Source: a virus. Taken from it: a stretch of DNA of 39,241 nucleotides. How positions within the stretch are numbered: position 1 is the stretch's first letter; each line of letters opens with the position of its first letter. Shown here in pieces: positions 13,758 to 24,031 of this stretch. The stretch lies in the IMG/VR virus record IMGVR_UViG_3300031998_000320. One strand, given 5' to 3'. A program made the translations under genes and the position numbers. The notes under the pieces were generated by a model. That model was not told the origin of the DNA and did no database searches. It saw only the letters and a list, made by a program, of their open reading frames with translations.

Positions 13758-14519
13758 CTATTTATAATATACATATAATTTTGAAGTAGAAGTTACTCCT
13801 GGTGCATATTCGATTGTTATTTTATTTGTTGAAGGAACATATTTAATTGCTCCCATATATCCTTGTGAGTTCCCAGTAGAGCCACCTGATGGAATACTAG
13901 GAATACCAAATACCGTTGCACTTACTGGAGATTGTGTATATTCTTTTAATATATTGAATGTACTTGCTTTTGTTGTATCTCCAGCATATAAAAATATACA
14001 ATTCAATTCTTTCCAAGATGTAGGCAAATCAAGATTTGTTTGTCCTGTTATAGTTCCTACATAAGTCCATTCACTCTCTACTTCTTCCCAACCATCTGGA
14101 ATATCTTGAGCTGTTCCTGTATAATCTATTTCACTTCCAACAGGTAGTGTTTCTCCGCCACCACTAGCTCCACCTCCTACACTTATTAATGTTGTTCCAT
14201 TATAAGCATAAGCTGTTTGTGTTCCAAATACTATATATGTTATTCCTATTTTTGCTTGTTCTCCTGTTGTTCCCCATACATTAGTTTCTATTGCTGTATA
14301 TATTAAATTAGTTGTTGTGTTAAAATATTGGTCTCCTGTATAACAAGTTGATGGTTCTGTACTACTTACAGCAACTAATGTAACATTACTAGGTATCAAA
14401 CTTTCTACTGCTATTTTCTTTGTTTCATTAGCACTTGTATCTACTATTGGTACATAATCATTGTTTGACCTAGTTGCTTGTGTTAATTCATTTAATTCAC
14501 TTATTTTTATGTTTGCCAT
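13758..14519 (-). CDS. Putative tail fibre protein (253 aa)
   Basis: The N-terminus MANIKISELNELTQATRSNNDYVPIVDTSANETKKI is the common tail-fibre/structural-protein opening of Firmicute phages. It also has a Gly-rich linker GGGASGGGE. Confidence 0.55.
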   Translation of the reverse strand: MANIKISELNELTQATRSNNDYVPIVDTSANETKKIAVESLIPSNVTLVAVSSTEPSTCYTGDQYFNTTTNLIYTAIETNVWGTTGEQAKIGITYIVFGTQTAYAYNGTTLISVGGGASGGGETLPVGSEIDYTGTAQDIPDGWEEVESEWTYVGTITGQTNLDLPTSWKELNCIFLYAGDTTKASTFNILKEYTQSPVSATVFGIPSIPSGGSTGNSQGYMGAIKYVPSTNKITIEYAPGVTSTSKLYVYYK

Positions 14520-17083
14520 TATTTATCACTCTCCTTTAATTGTTTTATTTCTTCTTTCAAAGAATTTATTTCTTTCTTCATTTCTTGGCAGTATTGTATT
14601 AAAGCATTTGTTATATTCCCATAAGCAATAGAATAATATCCTTCTTGATTTTCATTTAAAAAATATTTTCCATATTCTTTATCTAAATAATCTTGTGCTA
14701 TTAAACCTATTTGTTTTTTATTTGGTATTTTCTTATACTCAAATTCTTTTACTTTAAGTTCATCTATCCAAGATGTATTTATATCTTTTATTTCTTGCTT
14801 TAATCTTTCATCACTGCCTATTGTAGGTTGTACTGACAAATTAATATATGTATCTCCCATCATTATATCAGTATATCTATTATTTATTAAAGTAAAATCA
14901 GGTTTTGCTTGAAATAAATTAAAGTTTTCTCCCAGACCATTATTATATTGAACCTCAAATGTATTGCCTGTTCTTGCTTGTAATGTTTCTTCGCCATAAG
15001 CATACCATCTTCCTAAATGACACATACCTGAAAAATTGATAAACTTTGAATCAACAGTAGTCGAAGATTGATTTTGTCCTACATATAAATCATTACCAAC
15101 ATAACAATTTTGTGAAGTGTTTACATCACCTTTAAATGTTCCACTATTCAAAGTAACATTGTTTGCAGTAATATTACCACCACTATCTACATTAAAATTA
15201 GTAGAACTAATAGTAATATCATCAGTAGTAAGTTTTATTTCTTTTCCAGCAAGTGAAATCTTTTCAGCATTTATTTCAGCACCACTTTCATCTAGGTTTA
15301 TTTCATTTATAACTTCACCTTTATTAACTTTGGCTCTAATACTACCATTTTGCTTATCTACTATAAATGATACTTCTTTATCTGTTTTACTTGAAGTTTT
15401 ATAATTTGTTACTGTTTCTTCTGGTTCTTCTGTGTAGACACTTTCTTCTAGCCCTTGATTTATTTTTATTTCATCATTTAGCATTAAACATTTATAAGTT
15501 TTGCCATCTACTGTTACATTGTAGAAATCTAACCAATCAAGATAAGTTATACCTATGCTTGAATAATCATTTATATAGTATTCTAAACCATTTAATTGTT
15601 CAAATATCTCATCTATATAATCTTCTCTATCATCATATAGCATTATTAAGTTATCTTTTATTTTAAATTCGTGTACACCATTTTCTGCTATGCTTTGTTC
15701 ATCTCTACGATATATTGTATCATTATCTTCACTTCTACTTAACACAACACTATTTATCATATATTTTTCTCCAAAACTAACATTAGTGTCTTTTAAGTAT
15801 CTTTCATCTATATCTCCTGTTATAGTACCTGCATTTTCTAGTTGTGCTATTAAGTTAGTATCTGTTATTACTGTATTAGTAGTAGTTGCTAATGGATAAT
15901 ATAAAGTTACATTATTATTTGATAACCAAGTTTTGAAATTATCTGCTGTATCTTGTGTTCCATATCTTATTCTTATTTCTGTTCCATTAGTTATTAATAA
16001 TATACCCTGTGTTGTATTACTATTATATATACCAGCATTAGGATAATGACTACATAATTCTTGAAGTTGATTTGCTGTTGGATTATTTGCTGTTATTTTA
16101 TAATACCAATTAGCAGTTCCTGAATTTGTTATTGTTATATTTTCTGTTCCATTTAAAACTACTTTACCTATTTCTTTATGTATATACCAACTTCCATTAT
16201 TTTTATATATTTTATCTTGATATGTTCCTATTTTACATAGTTCTATATCTCCTAAATCTATTGTTTTATTATTATGTGTTATTTCTCCTGTTACTGTTTT
16301 TATTTCAATAGGTTCACTTGGTGTTGGAGTTCCATCTTGTATTGTGTTTCCTTTTATCTCATAAGGTTCAAAACAACTACTTTCTTGTGGTGTTTTTAAT
16401 TTTAAGTCTTTACCATCAACTATCATTGACAACCCTAAAGCTTGACATATCATATCAAGTATATCTCTATAAGTTATTTGCATATCTGTAAATGTTCCTT
16501 CATTTATTGTTTTACTTAAATTAGGGTATGCAGTTAATTCTTCTTGACTTGCAGTATAATTTAAACCTACTGTATCACATATTGTATGTATTGCATAAGC
16601 AAGCGTTTGATTATCTAAATTAGATAAAAACTCTTGGCTTGTTTCTTGCATTGTTAATAACATTCTATCATAAGCAACATAACTATAAGTTTTAGTATCT
16701 TCATTAAATTCTTTTGAAAATACCATATAATTACCAAAATCTATATATTCATAGCTTCCATTAACTTTTAAACCAAATTGGCAACCTATTACATCACCAA
16801 TTCTTAAATCTTCTTTTAATTCAAAGTCAATTTCTTTCATCATCGTTGATAATAAAGAACCATTTGTTATTATTTGTGCATTATATATATCTGCACTTGT
16901 TATTGTTTCATCTACTTCTATTTCATCAAATTGTTCTACTACTAAATGTCTATTATTTTGTGTTATTAAAAACTTACCATCTTCTGTTATTATTTTATCG
17001 TTAGTATGTAAAAAAAACTTTAAATCTATTTCTCTACCAAGTTTTTTTAGTTCTTGTTTATAATCATAAGTTATTGTCTTCAT
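14519..17083 (-). CDS. Tail-associated (Tal-like) minor structural protein with a C-terminal S74-type intramolecular chaperone domain
   Basis: 854 aa, in the position after the Dit-like gene. The C-terminal GSDERLKQEIKDI...IGLIAQD...YSIAYGNI matches the self-cleaving chaperone domain of endosialidase-type tail fibres. Confidence 0.7.
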   Translation of the reverse strand: MKTITYDYKQELKKLGREIDLKFFLHTNDKIITEDGKFLITQNNRHLVVEQFDEIEVDETITSADIYNAQIITNGSLLSTMMKEIDFELKEDLRIGDVIGCQFGLKVNGSYEYIDFGNYMVFSKEFNEDTKTYSYVAYDRMLLTMQETSQEFLSNLDNQTLAYAIHTICDTVGLNYTASQEELTAYPNLSKTINEGTFTDMQITYRDILDMICQALGLSMIVDGKDLKLKTPQESSCFEPYEIKGNTIQDGTPTPSEPIEIKTVTGEITHNNKTIDLGDIELCKIGTYQDKIYKNNGSWYIHKEIGKVVLNGTENITITNSGTANWYYKITANNPTANQLQELCSHYPNAGIYNSNTTQGILLITNGTEIRIRYGTQDTADNFKTWLSNNNVTLYYPLATTTNTVITDTNLIAQLENAGTITGDIDERYLKDTNVSFGEKYMINSVVLSRSEDNDTIYRRDEQSIAENGVHEFKIKDNLIMLYDDREDYIDEIFEQLNGLEYYINDYSSIGITYLDWLDFYNVTVDGKTYKCLMLNDEIKINQGLEESVYTEEPEETVTNYKTSSKTDKEVSFIVDKQNGSIRAKVNKGEVINEINLDESGAEINAEKISLAGKEIKLTTDDITISSTNFNVDSGGNITANNVTLNSGTFKGDVNTSQNCYVGNDLYVGQNQSSTTVDSKFINFSGMCHLGRWYAYGEETLQARTGNTFEVQYNNGLGENFNLFQAKPDFTLINNRYTDIMMGDTYINLSVQPTIGSDERLKQEIKDINTSWIDELKVKEFEYKKIPNKKQIGLIAQDYLDKEYGKYFLNENQEGYYSIAYGNITNALIQYCQEMKKEINSLKEEIKQLKESDK

Positions 17084-17466
17084 TATGACCTCCTACTTAC
17101 AGCAATAAATGAACAACTAAACCCTTCATTTTTTCTATCATTGCCTATTATATATTTATTTACTATTTCATAATCACCTGTATATGTTGTCATTGTTGTT
17201 TGTGCTTGTTTAGTAGGGTCATAATAGCTTAATGTTTGTCTAGCACTATCTATTATTGGTGTTATTATTTCTAACTCACTTTTAGTAAGTTTTCTAAATT
17301 GTAATGTTAATTTAACATATATTCCTATAAGTGTGCCTGTTTGGTCTCCAGCAAGATTTCTTCCACTATCACTACTCCATAATTTATTGTAACCATATTT
17401 TGCATCTACTAGATATTGTCCCATTGATATTCCATTTATTACAATACTATCTTTATCTATAAACAT
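17083..17466 (-). CDS. Putative distal tail protein (short, 127 aa)
   Basis: Called only from synteny: it lies between the tape measure gene and the Tal-like gene, with start/stop overlaps. Confidence 0.4.
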   Translation of the reverse strand: MFIDKDSIVINGISMGQYLVDAKYGYNKLWSSDSGRNLAGDQTGTLIGIYVKLTLQFRKLTKSELEIITPIIDSARQTLSYYDPTKQAQTTMTTYTGDYEIVNKYIIGNDRKNEGFSCSFIAVSRRS

Positions 17467-17470
17467 ATTA

Positions 17471-19066
17471 TCACCTATTTAAGACAAAGTCATTGTTTTG
17501 TTGAACTTTATCTACCTTTCTTGCAATTTGTCTACTATCTAATTTAGTAACATTAGTTAGATTTATTATTACATTCTTTCCTATTTCTTGTCCAAGTGTA
17601 CTCATAATTTGACTATCAGTAAGTGGCAAATATCCTTCTGCTCCTGCCTCTGCCCATCTTGCACCACCACTAAGCGTTGGTATTCCACGTCCTGGTTGAT
17701 TGGCTATTGCACCTTTTGCTAATTTAGGTACTACAACTCCACCTTTTGCAAAACCAAAGAATTTCCCAATACTTCCTATTCCTTTCCCTATACCTTTACC
17801 TAAATCTCCAAGTATGTTGATAGGATTAACTTTATCTAAAGCCTTATTTATATTTTTTACCAAACTTTCTATTGGCTTTTTAATGTTATCCCATAATTTT
17901 TTTATAAAGTCTATCATAGCTTGAAAAGGTTTTTTTAACAAATTGCCTATTTGACCAACACCGTTACTTATTGGCTTTATAACATATTTATAAAATACAT
18001 CCCATATTTCCATAAAAATACCTTTTATAAAACCAAATACTACTGATAACGTTCCTTCTACCATTTCAAAGAATCCAACTAATAAATTCTTTATGCCTTC
18101 AAGTAATATATTAAAGCCTTGCTTGACTAAATCAAAATTGCCTGTTACAACGCCAAATATCATTTGTATTAATCCAATTATTATTTCTCCATAACCTTTT
18201 AATATATCCCATATACCTTTCCAAAAAGTAATAATTCCCTCAAAAAATGTTTTCCAGTTTCCATCTAAAGTGTTGATAAATTCTTTCCAATCCTTTTCCC
18301 AAAAGTTAAAAATATCTTCCCAAAATTTTTTGACATTTTTAACGTCTTTGTTATTAAACATATCATCTAGGCTAAATTGTGGCGTTGGTATTCCTCCTCC
18401 ACCACCACCTGTGATACTACCATCAGCTTGTAACACATTCATTTCATCAAATCCAGCAAGTGTTTTTTGTAATTGTTTTGCTTCTTTATTAGCACCACCA
18501 AGATTACTTTTTGCTCTTTTAAATGCATCTGCACCAGCATTAGCAAAAATATTTACATTAAACAAAGATTTAGCTATCGAACCTATAACACCAAGTAATG
18601 TATATACTGCTTTTATTATCCATTCTATAATTGGTTTTATTGTAGTTGCTAAAGCCCATCTCATGTACTCCATATCTGTTGCTAATTGTTCATCATATTG
18701 TGAAAGTGTACTCATTGATTGCCTTACAAACATATAAGCACTTCTTACACCAAATATTGCCAATGCCCATCTACTAACTTTTTTAATAATACTATTCATT
18801 GAATTACCAATATTGCCCAGAGAAGAAATCATATTAGAATATCCTTGCTTATTCAAAGCATCTTGTTTTTTTCTTAAATCTATTAATTGATTTCTTAATT
18901 TTTCTGCTTTTAAGCTAAATTTTTCTACTGCTTCTGTACTTAATTTGTATTCTTTTTTCTTTTCTAGCATTCCTTCTACAAAATTAAGTTCTTTTTCTAT
19001 TTGTTCTATTTGTGTATCAAAACTTTTTGTATCAATTTCTGTTCCTATAACAATTTTTCCATCCAT
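17471..19066 (-). CDS. Tail tape measure protein (531 aa)
   Basis: Sits after the chaperone pair. It has an N-terminal coiled coil, hydrophobic and Gly-rich segments (GGGGGG), and repetitive W/F-spaced helices. Confidence 0.75.
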   Translation of the reverse strand: MDGKIVIGTEIDTKSFDTQIEQIEKELNFVEGMLEKKKEYKLSTEAVEKFSLKAEKLRNQLIDLRKKQDALNKQGYSNMISSLGNIGNSMNSIIKKVSRWALAIFGVRSAYMFVRQSMSTLSQYDEQLATDMEYMRWALATTIKPIIEWIIKAVYTLLGVIGSIAKSLFNVNIFANAGADAFKRAKSNLGGANKEAKQLQKTLAGFDEMNVLQADGSITGGGGGGIPTPQFSLDDMFNNKDVKNVKKFWEDIFNFWEKDWKEFINTLDGNWKTFFEGIITFWKGIWDILKGYGEIIIGLIQMIFGVVTGNFDLVKQGFNILLEGIKNLLVGFFEMVEGTLSVVFGFIKGIFMEIWDVFYKYVIKPISNGVGQIGNLLKKPFQAMIDFIKKLWDNIKKPIESLVKNINKALDKVNPINILGDLGKGIGKGIGSIGKFFGFAKGGVVVPKLAKGAIANQPGRGIPTLSGGARWAEAGAEGYLPLTDSQIMSTLGQEIGKNVIINLTNVTKLDSRQIARKVDKVQQNNDFVLNR

Positions 19067-19080
19067 AAAATCACTCCTTT

Positions 19081-19662
19081 CTACAAGCCAAGTATTTCAT
19101 TTAATCTTTCCATACTTTCTTCTTGTTCTTTTGTTAAATGATTCTCTTTTTTATATTTCTTTAATGCAACTTGTTCTTTAGCTTTTGCTATTTTTTGTCT
19201 TTCTTTGTTATCTTTAATTTCACTCAAGTCAAAGTTTCTCAAATTTCTAATTCTATTTAATACACAACAATTACCCATTTCACTATTGGACAACCCATTC
19301 ATTAATTTGTTAAATTTATGCCAATCCATTTTTTCATTTTCCAAGTCAATATGATAATCACTCATAAAACTTGCTTCAATATATTCCATATCTTCTACAT
19401 AGTCCATATCAGGTTGTTTATGTGTATCAACTATTTCTTGACCACAAGAAAGATAATTTAAAGCCCATTTAAGCAACTTTTCATAGTGGTTAGGATTATC
19501 TAACGCAGAACCACCAAACATCGTGCAAATGATACCTAAAACACGTTCAAAATCGCCTATTTTGTCGTCAGTTGCTATTTCATTACACCTTATAGCAATT
19601 CTAAAGTCGGTATTTGCTTCATAGATAGTATCTTCAATTTTTATTTTTTTGGTACAAGCCAT
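19081..19662 (-). CDS. Tail assembly chaperone, Gp15-like
   Basis: The N-terminus IYEANTDFRIAIRCNEIATDD.IGDFERVLGIICTMFGG resembles the Listeria/Streptococcus phage Gp15 family. It lies immediately upstream of the tape measure gene. Confidence 0.55.
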   Translation of the reverse strand: MACTKKIKIEDTIYEANTDFRIAIRCNEIATDDKIGDFERVLGIICTMFGGSALDNPNHYEKLLKWALNYLSCGQEIVDTHKQPDMDYVEDMEYIEASFMSDYHIDLENEKMDWHKFNKLMNGLSNSEMGNCCVLNRIRNLRNFDLSEIKDNKERQKIAKAKEQVALKKYKKENHLTKEQEESMERLNEILGL

Positions 19663-20162
19663 TATTCTATCACTTCAATATCTTCGCTTTTCTTAACTGC
19701 TTGGCTATATTTTTCTTTTACTTTATCAGTAATATTTTTCATATTAACATCTAAATGTGGTGCTATTTGTTTTTCAATTATTTCATCTATTTCTTGTAAT
19801 GTAGTCCATGTGAACTTTCTACCATTTAATAACTTCTCAACACCTCTTGCACCTAAAAACATATTATATACTTCTATTTCCTTAATAAAAAAATCATTTA
19901 ATGCTTTGATTTTATCTTCTTCATTCTTGCTTAATAGTTTCTTTCCTTTAACATCTTGTCTTTTATCAATTATTAACATTTGATTTCTCAAATTTTCTTT
20001 ATTCTTTTTATCCTTTTCAATCATTTCTTGATATCTTAAAGGAATTTCAATGTCATCCAATTGAAACTCTAAATATTCTCCTGTATCTTTTCCATCACTT
20101 GTTTGTATTCCTAATCTAAATACACTATCTTTATTTAATTTTATAATATTATTGTCTGTCAT
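19662..20162 (-). CDS. Tail assembly chaperone (gpG-position protein)
   Basis: Synteny between the major tail protein and the Gp15-like gene. TAATG overlap with the next gene. Confidence 0.5.
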   Translation of the reverse strand: MTDNNIIKLNKDSVFRLGIQTSDGKDTGEYLEFQLDDIEIPLRYQEMIEKDKKNKENLRNQMLIIDKRQDVKGKKLLSKNEEDKIKALNDFFIKEIEVYNMFLGARGVEKLLNGRKFTWTTLQEIDEIIEKQIAPHLDVNMKNITDKVKEKYSQAVKKSEDIEVIE

Positions 20163-20187
20163 AATATTATCTCCTCTCTTTCTTAAT

Positions 20188-20221
20188 TAAAAATAAGAGC
20201 TAGGGCTATTCCTACCCTAAC
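20188..20221 (-). terminator. Weak hairpin plus U-rich tract after the major tail gene (possible partial terminator)
   Basis: 7-bp stem GUUAGGG/CCCUAGC (20215..20221 with 20199..20205, one G-U pair) followed by UCUUAUUUUU. Confidence 0.4.
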
Positions 20222-20236
20222 CCTTAATAGGTTTTA

Positions 20237-20731
20237 TTATAAACTTGTTGTTGGTGTGAATGTTGGAGTAGAACCTGTAAATGTTACTGTTCCTTCAGTA
20301 GCATCTCCATCATAATAGATGTCATATTCTATTTCAGCATTTTCTCCCATATAGCTTGTTACTGTTATAATAACATCATTTAATTTTGCTGGATATGTAG
20401 TTCCAGTTCCGTTCCATCTATCTATATCAAGAACTTGTGTTTTATAGTTTAATTGGTCACGTCCTGCATTGATAAATTCAAATACTGGATCGCCTTTGTA
20501 ACATCTTTGAGTTACACTACCTTGTTTTTGATTAGAAGAATGGTCATTTCTAGCATTGTCTTCAATAATCCATTTTTCAGTATCTACTTGTGGATTATAA
20601 TCAATTCCATATTCAGTAATACCTACACCTAGAACACTCCAAACTGGTACAGCAGAAGTTCCTGTGTTTAAGTAAGTTAAGAATTGACTTCTTTTGATTT
20701 TTTCAATTCCACTTGGTACATAATCTGCCAT
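20237..20731 (-). CDS. Major tail protein
   Basis: 164 aa, in the position before the chaperone pair. The N-terminal FLTYLNTGTSAVPVWSVLGVGITEYGIDYNPQ pattern is typical of siphovirus major tail proteins. Confidence 0.65.
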   Translation of the reverse strand: MADYVPSGIEKIKRSQFLTYLNTGTSAVPVWSVLGVGITEYGIDYNPQVDTEKWIIEDNARNDHSSNQKQGSVTQRCYKGDPVFEFINAGRDQLNYKTQVLDIDRWNGTGTTYPAKLNDVIITVTSYMGENAEIEYDIYYDGDATEGTVTFTGSTPTFTPTTSL

Positions 20732-20922
20732 TATAATCTTTCCTCCTTTTTAGGTTTTTCTAGCTCTCTTTTTATAAGAACTAAATCTCTATATGTAAGA
20801 GGTTCAATAAAACCTAATTCATTTAATTTAACTATTTGATTATAATTAAGTCCTTTAATTTCATCACCTTTAATGTATTGTTCGTTATTAGCTGTAAAAT
20901 CTATTTTAGCAATTATTTTCAT
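20731..20922 (-). CDS. Hypothetical protein (63 aa)
   Basis: Track ORF with ATGA-type overlaps on both sides. Confidence 0.45.
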   Translation of the reverse strand: MKIIAKIDFTANNEQYIKGDEIKGLNYNQIVKLNELGFIEPLTYRDLVLIKRELEKPKKEERL

Positions 20923-21371
20923 AGGCTTATTACCTCCTCTTTGTTATCTCTATAAGTTATTTGTATTTGTATGTCAAATTCTGCTTGTTTTCCATCTGCA
21001 CTATTCATTGTTGCGCAGTTTAGACATTCTATACTTTCTATATTTGGTATATCAGGCAAATTGCCTTCTTCATTATTAGTTTTGATAGCATTTTCAAATT
21101 GTTCAAAGAACCCAACATTTTTTAGATTAACAATAGTATCTTGTGAATAAGATTTTCTACTTCTAAATGAATAGACATCTCTATTTACTGCAATACCTAT
21201 TATCCAGTTTTCAACTTCTTTATTAGTAGGTATTTTATCAAGTGAATAATCATCTATTTTATTTGATAACATATTGGCATTTATTTGATAGTTTCTATTT
21301 GTAGTAAGAGTATTTATTATTTCAAATAGATAACTTCTTAACTTTGATATTCTTAAATCTTCTACACTCAT
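20919..21371 (-). CDS. Putative tail terminator / head-tail joining protein
   Basis: Called only from synteny: it is the last connector-position gene before the major tail protein. Confidence 0.4.
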   Translation of the reverse strand: MSVEDLRISKLRSYLFEIINTLTTNRNYQINANMLSNKIDDYSLDKIPTNKEVENWIIGIAVNRDVYSFRSRKSYSQDTIVNLKNVGFFEQFENAIKTNNEEGNLPDIPNIESIECLNCATMNSADGKQAEFDIQIQITYRDNKEEVISL

Positions 21372-21715
21372 TTTTTACCTCCAACATATTTTTGTACTTC
21401 TTGAACAACATCTTGCATTTCTGCACTTTTCATTCGTTTATCCCAATAAGTACCTGTACCAGGAGTAGTATAGTTTTTTACTTGATGCGTTCCATCTTCT
21501 CTTACTCCATAGTATTGATACCTAGCGTAAGGACTTTCATATGTAATATAATCTGTTCCAATATCAATATTGTTTCTTAAATCACCATTATCCATTGGAA
21601 CATATTTATCCATGTGCTTGTAGCAAGTGTTTGTTAAGAATTTCTGTACTCTACCATTAGGTTCTATTCCTAATCGTGCTTTAATAACACTTATAGGTTT
21701 CATTTTAGCAGGCAT
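21368..21715 (-). CDS. Head-tail joining protein (minor capsid / HK97 gp10-like position)
   Basis: YESPYARYQYYG...TTPGTGTYWDKR resembles the minor-capsid/tail-completion family of Sfi11/A118-type phages. Confidence 0.5.
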   Translation of the reverse strand: MPAKMKPISVIKARLGIEPNGRVQKFLTNTCYKHMDKYVPMDNGDLRNNIDIGTDYITYESPYARYQYYGVREDGTHQVKNYTTPGTGTYWDKRMKSAEMQDVVQEVQKYVGGKK

Positions 21716-21716
21716 A

Positions 21717-22070
21717 TTACTTACCTCCTAAATGTATATGTTGATTATTACCAAAGTTATTATCATTTATGCTTGTTATGTTATATATTTGATAAGTAGA
21801 TAAATCATCTTGTGTAGTTATATCAGTTTCAAGTTTGCCTTGTACAATAATATCGCCAATAGCAAAATTATTTATATTTAAACCATTATTTTGGTCATAA
21901 GGTATTCGAACCTGTACATCGTTTGCATTGTCATATCCTTTATTGATTCCAGCACCCTTGCCTCCAAAGAACCACACATTATCATAGTTATGTCTAGTCC
22001 ATTTTTCTAAATGTGTAGATGTATCTAATCCACTCATGTGATATATTGTTACTTTTGAATTAGTAATCAT
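21717..22070 (-). CDS. Head-tail joining protein (minor capsid family)
   Basis: The pattern VTIYH.......W.R...DNVWFFGGKG......Y..ANDVQVRIPYD and synteny support the call. Confidence 0.5.
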   Translation of the reverse strand: MITNSKVTIYHMSGLDTSTHLEKWTRHNYDNVWFFGGKGAGINKGYDNANDVQVRIPYDQNNGLNINNFAIGDIIVQGKLETDITTQDDLSTYQIYNITSINDNNFGNNQHIHLGGK

Positions 22071-22471
22071 TCTATTCCACCATTATAAATAATATGTTCA
22101 CCATTAACCACAACACCATACAAATCACTTAACATAATGTCTTGCAATTCACTATTTTTAGAAACCACAAGTTCTTTTATTTTATCAGCAGTTATATAAC
22201 TAATTGAATAACCATCTGTATTCTCACTTGCTACATTTCCACCAATACTACTTGTTGCTTCTGCATAGCTTTGTATTTTTTGGATTAAATTAAATTCACA
22301 TATTTTTACTTTTTGTGGTATTGTTTCTTCATTTACCAATCTTTGATGTGTTCTTAAATCAATTTGATTTCTTGCTTCAAATTCTAATAGATTAAAAGGC
22401 ATTTCGCCAATTGCAGAACCACCTAATGCTTGAAATTCTGCGTATGTTAGGTATTGTCCTTCAAATGTCAT
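22067..22471 (-). CDS. Head-tail connector (gp6-like adaptor position)
   Basis: Called only from synteny: it lies directly after the major capsid gene. Confidence 0.45.
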   Translation of the reverse strand: MTFEGQYLTYAEFQALGGSAIGEMPFNLLEFEARNQIDLRTHQRLVNEETIPQKVKICEFNLIQKIQSYAEATSSIGGNVASENTDGYSISYITADKIKELVVSKNSELQDIMLSDLYGVVVNGEHIIYNGGIE

Positions 22472-22488
22472 AAAATGCCTCCTTTATA

Positions 22489-23406
22489 TTATAGACTTAC
22501 TGATCCTTCAGGTACTAATGCAGCAAATGGATATCTATTTTCAGTTCCATCTAATGAAGTTACTGGATTAGGTACTGCATAACCGAATCTGAATGTAACT
22601 CTTATTGCTGACATATCTTCTTGCATTAAGTTGTAAGCGATAGATCCATCAGTGTTTTGAATTACACCTTCTCTAAATACATCAAATGTAACATCTTGGC
22701 GAATAGAATAAACTGCTTGATTGAAATCTCCTGCAACTAATGTAGCAACTGATTTATCCCATGCTCCATTGTCAACAAATGCTCTATTTAATGAACCAAT
22801 TTCAGTTGTATTTAATGGTTGACCAGTTGTATCAGTCATCATACGGAATTTTCCTTTAAGTCCAACTCCACCAAGTAATCCTGTTACTTCATATCCTGAT
22901 TCTTCAACTTCTGTCATAACATCATTAATATCACTGTATAATTTTCCAGTTTCAGTAATAGCTTTTGATTTACTAACTATTGTAGGAATTATACCATTTC
23001 CAAATGATACTGGTGCGTCTACACCAAATAATACAGCTTGGTCAATTTTCTTACCAATAGCTTTTGCTAATTCAGGTTTAACTTGAGCCCAAATATCAAC
23101 ATCAGCGTCATTTAATACATTGTCTTTAATTGGAATTATAACTGCTAATTCTTCGGCTGTTATATAAACATTATCCCATGCCATTTTAGTAGTATTTTTT
23201 CTACCATTGTTTGAACTTTCATTTACCCAATATGTTACTGGTAAACTATCAACTACTTTTAGTCTTAATTTATCACTTGTCATATTTGGTAATCTTCTAA
23301 ATAATTGTAAAGTTTTTGAATATTTTTCAGCTTCTTTAAATATTTCCCCAAATACTTGTTCAGGAATTAAAGCTGAAGCGTCTGATTTTGTAATCATGTT
23401 TGCCAT
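22489..23406 (-). CDS. Major capsid protein (HK97-fold type)
   Basis: 305 aa, placed after the scaffold gene. The N-terminus SALIPEQVFGEIFKEAEKYSKTLQLFRRLPNMTSDKLRLKVVDSLPVTYWVNE is typical of this capsid family. Confidence 0.8.
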   Translation of the reverse strand: MANMITKSDASALIPEQVFGEIFKEAEKYSKTLQLFRRLPNMTSDKLRLKVVDSLPVTYWVNESSNNGRKNTTKMAWDNVYITAEELAVIIPIKDNVLNDADVDIWAQVKPELAKAIGKKIDQAVLFGVDAPVSFGNGIIPTIVSKSKAITETGKLYSDINDVMTEVEESGYEVTGLLGGVGLKGKFRMMTDTTGQPLNTTEIGSLNRAFVDNGAWDKSVATLVAGDFNQAVYSIRQDVTFDVFREGVIQNTDGSIAYNLMQEDMSAIRVTFRFGYAVPNPVTSLDGTENRYPFAALVPEGSVSL

Positions 23407-23429
23407 AATTTAATCTCTCCTTTTCTTAT

Positions 23430-23939
23430 TTAAGCATTTCTAATCATATTATTAAAAATATCATTAACACTGCTTACTTTATTACCACCATTTAAGTTTG
23501 GTGAACTTTGCACTTTTTTTACTACTGTTTCGCCAAAATATTGACTATTGTCTTTTTTATAGTTTTTTAGTGCAGTATCAAAATCATTAGTTTCATCAAC
23601 CATACTCATTACTTCACTTGTAACAAATTTCAAAAATTCAGGTTTAACATCACTTTTAGCAACTTCATTTGTTGCCTTTAATATTTTATTTTCACTAAAT
23701 AATTGATCTCTTTCAGCTTGTAATTCAGCAAGTTTTTCACTATCATTTTGATTAGTTTTTTTCCACTCCATAAATTCTTTATACTTTTCATCTTTTTGCC
23801 AGTCTTGACTAGCCTTTTTTCGACCAGCGTTAAATGAATTATCTAAATCCTCTTGAGTGTATGTTTTTGTAGATTCTTCCTTTTTAGGTTCTTCTACTTT
23901 TGTTTCTTCCGTTACTTGAACGTCTTTGTTATCTTCCAT
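23430..23939 (-). CDS. Capsid scaffolding protein (DUF4355-like)
   Basis: Acidic N-terminus, TYTQEDLDN....RKKASQDW, coiled coil, and position directly upstream of the capsid gene. Confidence 0.7.
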   Translation of the reverse strand: MEDNKDVQVTEETKVEEPKKEESTKTYTQEDLDNSFNAGRKKASQDWQKDEKYKEFMEWKKTNQNDSEKLAELQAERDQLFSENKILKATNEVAKSDVKPEFLKFVTSEVMSMVDETNDFDTALKNYKKDNSQYFGETVVKKVQSSPNLNGGNKVSSVNDIFNNMIRNA

Positions 23940-24031
23940 AACATTTTCTCCTTCTTTTATAGACTTAGTATAGTCTTATTCCACTTATTTGTGTCGTGTG
24001 CAACTTAAAGTTCTCACGAACTCTTAATATA

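Noticed and set aside
19655-19670. Programmed -1 frameshift between the two tail-chaperone ORFs (gpG/gpT-like).
   Set aside because: The downstream ORF has its own ATG overlapping the upstream stop (TAATG at 19660..19664). I see no slippery heptamer just upstream. Simple translational coupling is sufficient.
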